A stretch of DNA of 64,000 nt from Chrysomallon squamiferum (lineage: Eukaryota; Animalia; Mollusca): positions 5,084,001 through 5,148,000 of the forward strand of contig CM022669.1 of the NCBI GenBank assembly GCA_012295275.1, in the 5' to 3' direction. The notes beneath the pieces are model-generated. The model saw nothing but the letters and a program-made list of their open reading frames with translations. It searched no databases and was not told the origin of the DNA. Of the stretch, positions 54,091 to 64,000 are shown one piece after another. The first letter of the stretch is position 1, and each line of letters starts with the position of its first letter. The position numbers were made by a program, and so were the translations under genes.

Positions 54091-55255
54091 ATAAGAATAT
54101 TTCACTATATCATTCATAACAAGCGTACGATGCAGTTTATAATCCATACGCTATCCATACCATAAATTATATAAAGTGGACGCTATCACCCATACATCAT
54201 ACCATTATACCATCCAAATAATTCACTATACATTGCAATATATGTATCATTACTCTGTATTATCTGTGCATTACTAAATAACGTCTCTCTCTCCAGATTT
54301 TGTACATACTCAACACTATAATATCAACATTTCACATAACTCTATTCTCTAAGTAATCTCGTTCAGTCCTTTTCCTTTATCATCCCCTTTATAACTTTAT
54401 ACCATCCTCATACTACTGCTTTACGATCCACATCAATCCATTACGATCTTAACACCATAACCCCGAGGTATCATCCTTCCCCATTTCAAAATAAACTTCC
54501 TTTCTCTGACAGTCTACCGACCTGACGTCTGTTTAGTGGATAGATCTGTCTGTACACGCTGATGTATAAAATTTGTCAGCTGTTTAGGAATAAACACAGT
54601 TTTCTACTAAAATTACATTCGGAAATGTTAAATGGTCTTTTCAAGTTTATTAATGTTAGAGAAAAATCGATATTGTTTTATTACGGCTGACCACAGGATA
54701 ACCGTTTTTCATTAGACTGACTCCCAAGGTTTGCGACTACCAGAACGCCGTTTGATGCGCTAAGTGTAAATTTCTTGACCATCTTAATGCGAAATCGATT
54801 GAAAACGTAGAACGAGCAGACGACACTGAAAAACGAACATGGCGCTGGAGGACAATAATCACAACTTTTCCCCGACTTCCTCTGCTTTAATCAAGACTTA
54901 TCGAGACTTCGGTTTTATTTCAGGACGTACGGAAAACAAACAGACGGCTTCTCGGGTTATTTGTAGAAAGTTTTGTGTTTCGTCTCAAGCAATTTGATAC
55001 TTATGCCGGTGCCTTTAAACGGTCAGCCCTGGTCTAGTAAGATCTAGTGATTCAATACTGGACAAAATTCAATTTCACCTGGCCCCGGGCTAAATTTAAT
55101 GCTGAAGTAACCCGTTCCTGTTGACGTCGAGTTTCGAGAAAGATAAAATTGTATATATATAATAACGAGAAGGAAAATATTATTCCTCAGTCGTTGATGT
55201 TTTTAATGTTCTGTTTTTTTAACGCATTCTTTTTTTCGAGCTTAGTTTTAACACA

Positions 55256-55355
<100 letters not shown>

Positions 55356-55922
55356 CAGATAATGTATAATAATTTTCAGCTTTGAATAATAAAGTAAATA
55401 ATTTAGGTTAGAAACAAAAAAACAATATATATATATATATATATATATAAATTAACTACTTGTGTAATATAGTTCTGATTTCGGCAGTCTGAAAATTTCC
55501 TTGATTATTTCAGTAAAACTGTTGTTTGTTTCTATACATTTAATGTCGATCTGACTGGCTTCGCTTGTCGATTTATCCTCATAGAATAATGTACTTTTAA
55601 AATATTGACCAACCACAAAACGAAAGGGAAGTAACTTTAAATTAATAAATAATCACGCTAGACTGGTTTGCTGTTGTGTTTGTGATCTTCATGCAGCTCA
55701 TTATTACCTTTTACGACCGATACCGAAAGTTAAAGAAGCGTAATAAAAGTCATGTTTATGATATTAAACAATGCTAGCAGTACAGAAGACATGTGGACAT
55801 AGACTCGGAATTAGACAGTTGTTGTATAGCTTTTTCTTCGAGTCTTTTGTTATTATTAACAACCACATCAACTAAATAAAAAAAAAAAAAAAAAAAAATA
55901 AGGAAACAAATTAAATTAAATG

Positions 55923-55953
<31 letters not shown>

Positions 55954-58671
55954 AAAAGAGAGAGACAGAGAAAAAAGTAAAAATCTAAGTTAGTTCTTGA
56001 AGTCGACGTAGAATGTAATCTTGTCAAAAAAGAAACAAAAAAAGAACAACAAAAAAAGGAAGAAGGAAAGAAGGAAATTGATCATTTGATCTTTTCTAAA
56101 GTTAGTGACATCTTAAAGCGACGTTCACACTAGGCGATATGTCATACCGGCTTGTTGCGTACGATCAAACCTTCATCTCAGCCCAGCTCTTGGACGGATT
56201 ATTTTAGCAGCACAGAAGTCATGTGGACAGCATTCCGCAATTAGACAGTAGTTATTTGGGGTTTTCTTTGAGTCTAATGGAATAAATAAAGACACAAATT
56301 AAATAAAATAAAATAAAATAATAAATATATATATATTAATTAATTTGTTGCTATTATTTATTTGTTTATGATTGTTATTATTAGTCATCATTATTTTTAT
56401 TATTATATATATATATATATATTAATAAAAAGAAGAAAGAAAAGAAAAGGAGTATTTTTTTTTTTTAAATTTAAGATGGTTCTTGAGGTTGACGAAGACA
56501 GCAATCTGGATAGAAAAAAATAATATATATATATATATTAGGTGAAATAAAATCCTATGTCATAATGATATTAATTTTATTTTACAAGTTGTAGTGCAGT
56601 CCTAATAACGGTAAACTCTTATTATGTTAAAAACTAAAAATTAATAGAAGTGGAAAATATTAGTAGTTGTCGTAGCAGTAATAATAGTAGTAGTAGTATG
56701 TTTAAATAACAACAACAACAAAAAAATAATAATAATAAAAAAAAATAAAAAATAAAAAATATAAATAATAATAATTTAAAAACTAATTTAAAAAAATAAA
56801 TACAGTTTGTGTTATCCCAGGGTTTATAAAATAAACAATTATATTTATTTATCGTAATTCCTGAAAATTAATTCTAGTTAGAATATTTGGCTAAGAAACA
56901 ACATGCTTTTTATTTATCAAAAATTGTATTTTCGTATTCATAAAAATCTGTCATTTGAAAGTGAAACAGAAATTATGAAAATAACAAAGTAATATTAAAT
57001 ATTACTGGAAACATAATACAACTTTAAAATTTCTGATAATAGTGAACAAGTACATCAAATCGTCAAGCAGAAATTGTTACTAGAAATCGTCTTGTTAGAA
57101 CGGTGCTTTAGCAGACTTGTTACCGAATGGCGGGTTGGTGTAATTCTCTTTGTAAGGACGTGTTGGGAAACTCCCCAGTGAGTCACACGATCTGTACACG
57201 GTATTTCCATCACACTGCTTACCTCGGTGGCTGTCAAGTGGGTAAGATTCTCCTCGTTTTTGCAACACAGAATTTAAAGGAGTAGCATGTGGTCTTTGGA
57301 CTTAGACTTGTAAAATATGTTTTTATTTATAGAACCAATTAAGTTACAATTAAAAAAGAAGAAATGGTTTTGCTTTATGTACAGTTAAATGGCCTCATGT
57401 CTGTCGCTAGTTAAATAAAAAGAGGAAACGAGCAGCGACCATGCGATGTGTTTTTAGTATTTTGATTAGAAAATTAGCAACAAGAGTTGTTTGATAAACA
57501 AGTCATATGGCTTCTTTGTGAACAGAAGGAACAATATGGACGCTGCGAAGTTTGATCCCAGATCTTATCACGTCTCGGCTATTGGTCCTAAGAATACTGT
57601 ATCTGATTTGTACTAAGTTTCTTTTTAATATTCATTGGAACGAGTTTGTTTCTATTGTTGTTGTTGTTTGTTTTCATTAATTTTACTGTTGTTTTGTCAC
57701 ATTGATTTGGAATACTTAAGTTAACCATTATGCTTCTATGTTATGATACATAGAAATTTTCCTATCGCTAATTTAACTTACGTTGGAAAATAAAATTTCG
57801 CTCACAAGAAAGTGCATATCCTTGACAGTCAGTGCACCATATCATGCAGCAGAGCAAGATTATTATGATCCGTAAGTAATTCTCCTTGAACTTAACATAA
57901 ATACGACTGCAGATACGATAATCAAACTCTAAAACTAGTTTAATTATTTTAACTTTTGTTTTCTTTTATCGTTAATGGAATAATGTACTTTAAAAATATT
58001 GACAAATCACAAAACGAAGGGGAATTAAGTTTAAATAAGTAAATAATCATGCTACACTGGTTTGCTGTTGGATTTGACCTTTACACCATTCATTGTTAGC
58101 ATTACAAACAAAATCAAAACATAAAGCGTAATAAATGTCTGGTGATAATAAATAAATGTCAGTGGGCCTTGTATAAAATGTAAAAATATTTTGAAATAAT
58201 AATAATAAAATAAAATATTTCAGATTCTGTCAACATTTATTGTGATAAAAAAAATTAAAAAAAATTCCATCTCATAATTGTTAACTTTTAAAAAATGTTG
58301 TTTCTTACTTTTTTCCTTCTTAATTTCAATTTAATTTTTAATTTTGTTTTGTTTTTTGTTTTATTATTGTGATTTTTTAAATTGGCTAATATATTACTTT
58401 AAAGAAATATAATAATAATAAAAAATATATCTATTCTATATATATATATAGCAGTAATCTGATATCGATCTAAAAAAATAAATAAATAGTAAAATTCTGT
58501 GTGATATTAAACTTTTCCGGTTTTCTATTGATTTTTATCCATATTTGTTCATATTTCCGTTGATGCACTACTTTTTTTTTCCATCTGTATCGTTTATTGC
58601 ATATTAAAGTACTTTCTTTGGATAGTGGAGTTATACATACGAGTCGTGTGTGTGTGTTGTATGTGTGTGTG

Positions 58672-58704
<33 letters not shown>

Positions 58705-59149
58705 TAAAAATAATGGAATAAATAAATAAATAAAAACAAATACTCAAGTAAAGTAATGGTTTAAAAAAAATAAAAAAAAAACGCAATGGAAAGCAAATGG
58801 ACAATAAGTGAAATTTTAATTAATTTACGACAGATTTAACTTCAGCGAATAACATACCAAAACACACCAACAGCATACACAGTATTACACACAAATGCTC
58901 TCTTTCGTGCATATTGCAGATTACATAAACACGTGTAGCGATTTTTTTTGTAACATTATTTTACGACTTAAGTTTGAACTAAAAGCTCGAGACTACTATT
59001 TTTGCCTCAAGTGTTGACTGACGAAAAGAAAAACAACAATGTTCTTTTATTTCCTCCATTTAAGTAAGTTCGTTAATATTTGATAAAGTAGTTACTCGAA
59101 ATGACATCAAAGACAGCGTTCATTTACACACGACTCTACATAAACCGCT

Positions 59150-59523
59150 ATATACAATCCAATCACATGCCTCTGGCTATGCTAACCTGCGCGTGCATTG
59201 TGCGTGCTTCTTCCTACGTCAAGACATTGATCGATTTTACGACGGTGATCGAAATTATTTAAGCTATGGTGTTAGCTTACCGAACATTAGAGCGCTTCTT
59301 CCAGATACGGTCTAACGATCGAGTGGCAGCCAGTCTTGTGACGTTATCTAAGGTTCTGCGAGTAGCGGTTGAGTGTCAGGAACCAGTGTAGGGGTATTCT
59401 CGTCTGCTTTGAATTTCTTCTGGATGAATGCAGGTATCTGGGATTTCTTTGTCGTCTGATTAAATTTCGTATAGGTGCAGGAATATATTTCTTTAAAGTT
59501 GAGTCTGCGACGTAACTTTTAAG
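59150..59523 (+). promoter_or_regulatory. Probable promoter and non-coding first exon of a plus-strand gene whose CDS lies beyond the window
   Basis: CCAAT at 59159, GCGCGTGC (NRF1-like) and TACGTCA (CRE-like), then ~300 bp of CpG-containing, higher-GC sequence ending at donor AAG|GTAATT (59524) with an abrupt return to AT-rich DNA. Confidence 0.35.
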
Positions 59524-60644
59524 GTAATTTTGTTAAATTGTTTTGAATGTTATTATTATTATTATTATTAATTAATGTATTTATTTATTTATTATGGGGT
59601 AATTAAATGAGCTAAATTTAATGTGAAGTCAATCTTTCCTATTAATGTTGAGTTTCCATATGGATGGAAGTCTTGGTTATTCGTTTATTTATTTATTTTA
59701 TCATCATCATCATCATTATTATTACTGCCTTCTGTTGTTCCATTTCGTTTCAGTCTCATGTAGTTGTTATCAGCTTCCATTCTGTCTGATTTTCACTGTG
59801 GTTTTCAAATAATTCTTGGTAAAGTTACTAAATTATACTTTCGAGACAATGCAAAGTGTGAAACAAATGAAAACATAACTTACAAACAAAACAAAATATT
59901 GTTTTCCTTATTTATTTTTCACTGAGTTGAAAATATAGAATGAAAAACATCTTCAATATTTTATTTTATTTCATTTTATATAATTAATTTTACAATTCGG
60001 CGTATTGTATGCGCTGTCAGTTATCATTACCATTACTACTGCTGCAACTACTACTACTAGTAGTAGCAGTAGCAGCAGTAGTAGTAGTAGCAGCAGCATT
60101 AGCAGTAGCAGTAATAAAATCAGAAATAATAGTAGAATGATTCATTTATTATTATAAATATAAATAGTACTTTTAGTAGCAACATTTTTAAAAATACGTT
60201 TCTAACCTATATTAAATACATTTTGACAACAACAACAATCGTACATCTTTCCATTCATTTTCGTTCCAGTCATTGGTTTAAAAGTGGTGTTACAAAAAAC
60301 TGCTGATAGCAAAAAGGGGCTTGTCTCGTTGGTTTCCTCTCTCATTCTTGAAATCCATAAACTTTTGATTGTACGACGCTGTGTAACAGTGAATTAAGAA
60401 AATATATAAATCATAAGTATGCATCATTAAACAAAACAATTCTTCTTTCTTTCCATTTGTTATTTCTCTTGACTATTATTTTGGCACATTATGACCTTTT
60501 TTTTTTTTTTTTTATTTCTCCTGAAATGACCAGTTAACCGCTTGACCGGTACTTTCACAGTGACCGATTAATTCCTGTCGTTAACTTTTTTTATATTTCG
60601 TTAATTCAATTCGAACCGGTTACTCTTGCTTGATGATTCAAAAC

Positions 60645-60830
60645 GACTGCTCTGACGTAAAATCTGTTAGACACCATGAGTTGTATTTGATGACAGAAAA
60701 CTATGTTTTGACGTAAAATCCATTAGAAACTTTGACTCGTATTTGATGACTGAAAACAATGCTGTGACGTAAAATCAATTAGAAAATTTGATCTGGTGAC
60801 CGAAGACTACTGCTGTGACGTAAATCAATC
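60645..60830. repeat. Tandem repeat, ~56 bp unit, ~4 copies, each with TGACGTAA
   Basis: TGACGTAAAATC or near-identical at 60653, 60709, 60765 and 60816, with a shared ttaga...gtatttgatgac.gaaaac.atg context. Confidence 0.75.
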
Positions 60831-61126
60831 TGGACATTAATCCATGCCTCACATCACAACTTCACTATGACGCCTCACTTCACACTTTGTGTCTCAGCTG
60901 ACACTTCATTCGTAACTTGACAGTTTACATCTCATTCTTGATCCAGTATTTGACAGAGAGTTATTAAAGCCGACTTATGTTCTTAACGGAATATCACAAT
61001 GTATTTTAAAATACTTACTACTGCTTGTCAATCAGAGTTGTCATTGTGTGGCTTAACAAGAATTTAATCATTGTTGAAGTTAATGATAGCAAAGAGCTGT
61101 TTGTCAGTGACAATAATTATTACAAG

Positions 61127-61208
<82 letters not shown>

Positions 61209-62687
61209 TCTTTCTGTTTATTTATAAAATTGTTTTCAATTTTTTTTTGAGGAGGGGAATTATTATTTTCTTTTTTTCAGTTTTAGTTATCATTCTTTTT
61301 TTTTTTTTAATATTTTTATATAATTTTTCTTCAACTTCTTCTTGTTTCTTTTTTCGTTGAATTTTAGCGGTTTATAATATTCATTTCATGCATAATTATT
61401 CGTTGTAAGGCGGGAATCGCCATAATAAGTTATTTTGTTTCCTTTTGTATTTTATCGCAAACCAAAAATCGAAACACAAGAAATTCAGCTCTTTCTTTAC
61501 AGTCGGTGCAGCGATGTTTTATTTATACCTGGTAACAATTTTGCCACAGCTAGGGTAACTCAAGTACGGCCAATAAAGCGTTTACGCTGCTCACTTAGAT
61601 ATTTAGTTTCGCAAAAATCGCATAAGAACGCACGAGTTAAGGTGAGTATTGAAAACACATTAGCCACCGCCTGTAAGCACATTGTTCAGCGATCGACTAT
61701 TAATGAGTCTGGAAGCGCCAGTATTGATTGCGCGAGCAGAGTATGGTGTGCCGTTGAGGTCATTATTCTGTATTTAGATTAACATATTCGGTTCTACGAG
61801 GGTTGAACAGGCGTGTTTACTAAATTATGTATGCGTCTGTTAATTATCCAAGCACGGCGGGGTTTATTTTTAAAGCTACAAATATTGAACCAAATTAGTA
61901 AAATGCCATAAATTAAATATTTGCTTGTATGATTATTTTTTCGTGCGTGTTTGAAAACTATTATATTCAAATATCCACTGACATAATTTATTCATAATAT
62001 ATTGTAAAAATGGGTTTAACAAATATGACGTAAATATTAGCAATTTATATAAAATATTTATTTTTGTTGGTTGTGTTATTACGCTTGTTTTGTGTTACTG
62101 CATATTGTTACGTGGTGTCGTAATGGCAAATTACCCTAAATATGACCCTAACGGCTAACCGTAGTGTCTCAGATGTTCATAACGTTACAAAGGCGGGAAA
62201 AAACTCGACGTATTTCGCCCAGGTGACCAGTTAGTTCCAATACTGTATGACTCACCTGGGCCGTTTCCATAGAAATGGCCCACAGGCTTGGTGCCTAATT
62301 ATTATTGAGTTTTCTGTTATAGATTCGAATACGACTGTAAGATATTTTATATTTCATAGATATATAGATTAAGAGATATAGACAGAAAAAACATGGAAAT
62401 TATTATTTAACTATCTAACTAGATTTTTTTTTTTAATTATTATTCAAGTCGGAAGATAAATGAACAAATTAGAGGTTAATAAGTAAATAATTAGCAAGAA
62501 AGTGTTGAGGAAAAATAAATAAATGGAAACGAGCAAAAAAAAAAAAAAAAAAAATGCAAAAAGAATATCAAAAACATCAAATGAATTAATATTATTTGCT
62601 GACCGTTAATACGGAATAAAACACACTCGTGCACACACACAAACACTCCCATCACCACTTATGTATATGTATGTATATATATATCTT

Positions 62688-62721
<34 letters not shown>

Positions 62722-63729
62722 GATCTATGTATCTATCTATATGCACAGAACATACCTACGTCCACAGATATATATATAAAACATTTTGAACTCCGTGACT
62801 TGGAGATCATCATTTACACTAAGGAGTCATGTTCTCTCAGCACATCACTGTCAGTTTCAAACATAAATAGTTTATCTTTGTCTGCATCTTCTTTTTAAAC
62901 ATTCATCTAGTTCGTTAGTGAATCGATATTTACTTAATGACCTTAAATAATAATAATAACAATAACAACAATAATAATAATAATGATGATGATGATGATG
63001 ATGATGATGACGATGATAATGATGATATAACTACTATCACTACCAATACCACTATCTATTACTACTACTACTATAACTATTATTATTACTATTACTAATT
63101 CGGCTGTTACAGCTATTATTATACCATTACCACCACTGCTACTACTACTACTACTACTATTACCACTACTACTAGTACTACTGTTACTACTACCATTATT
63201 ACTACTACTAAAATAATAACGAAAAAGAAGAAGATGATGATATTTGTGTTTTTATATCAATGGTTAATTATGTGTTTATCACTGTGGATGTACATTACTT
63301 TTATATCAGTGATATTAGAGAGGAATCTCGCTGTTGTCACTCCATGGTTACTCTTATCGACCAGCAGTAACTGATATTTTATATGCACCTTCTCATAAAC
63401 AGAAAATTAGTATGTTCTTTGATAAACCTGTCGTATGCCAGTAACAAACAATGTAATGAATATGGTGCTTCTAAGACAATCTCTTTATCACCGAGCTTAA
63501 TCTAATTCCACTGAGGATGCATTACGAGGTTTGAACTGTTGCCTTGTTGTAGACCGAGTAGAGACACTGTCTTTAAAACAAAGATTACAATAACATCAAA
63601 CATTGTTCTGTGCATAATTTGCGTTTGTTACGGTAAATTAAATTTTAGACTGGTTCAACTGTCTAATGTCAAAAACGGAGAGCTACAAAATCGACAGTAA
63701 AGGACTAGTAAACCGAAAAAAAGAGAAAG

Positions 63730-63816
<87 letters not shown>

Positions 63817-64000
63817 TATAAAGAAAGAACGAAAGAAAAAGGAGGAAAAAGAAAAAAAAGAAAATGAAAAAGTAAAATGTGAACTAAGAATAACTGAAAA
63901 AAGAGAAAAATGATGGATGGAAATAGAAAACGAATGTTTTTAATAAAAAAAAAAAACAAAAAACAACAACAAAAAAAAAAAAAAAAAAAAAACAACAAAA

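Noticed and set aside
53417-54147. 225-aa and 132-aa ORFs as real genes
   Set aside because: Entirely generated by a 20/21-bp tandem repeat, with no domain, splice context or codon signature.

Overview
Eukaryotic, AT-rich, microsatellite-dense invertebrate genomic DNA (probably a mollusc or other lophotrochozoan; this is inference). Three spliced protein-coding genes can be reconstructed by hand. (1) A two-pore-domain K+ channel (K2P/TWK/TRESK-like; minus strand, 2 coding exons, 962-7438) with two single-base homopolymer deletions that are probably assembly errors. (2) PTAR1 (minus strand, 7 exons, 24813-29075). (3) PDCD7, the U11/U12-59K minor-spliceosome protein (plus strand, 9 exons, 29484-36265), head-to-head with PTAR1 across a ~0.4 kb bidirectional promoter. 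The rest is introns and intergenic DNA with micro- and minisatellites, a foldback MITE, tRNA-derived SINE fragments and probable non-coding first exons. Almost all other listed ORFs are repeat artefacts. The most interesting signal is in PDCD7 intron 3: a tandem pair of U12-type 5' splice-site motifs (GTATCCTT-gtttt-GTATCCTTT, 32300-32321) just downstream of cryptic 3' splice sites that lead directly to stop codons. This is the architecture of the USSE autoregulatory element known from SNRNP48 and RNPC3; I am not aware of it being described in PDCD7/59K.
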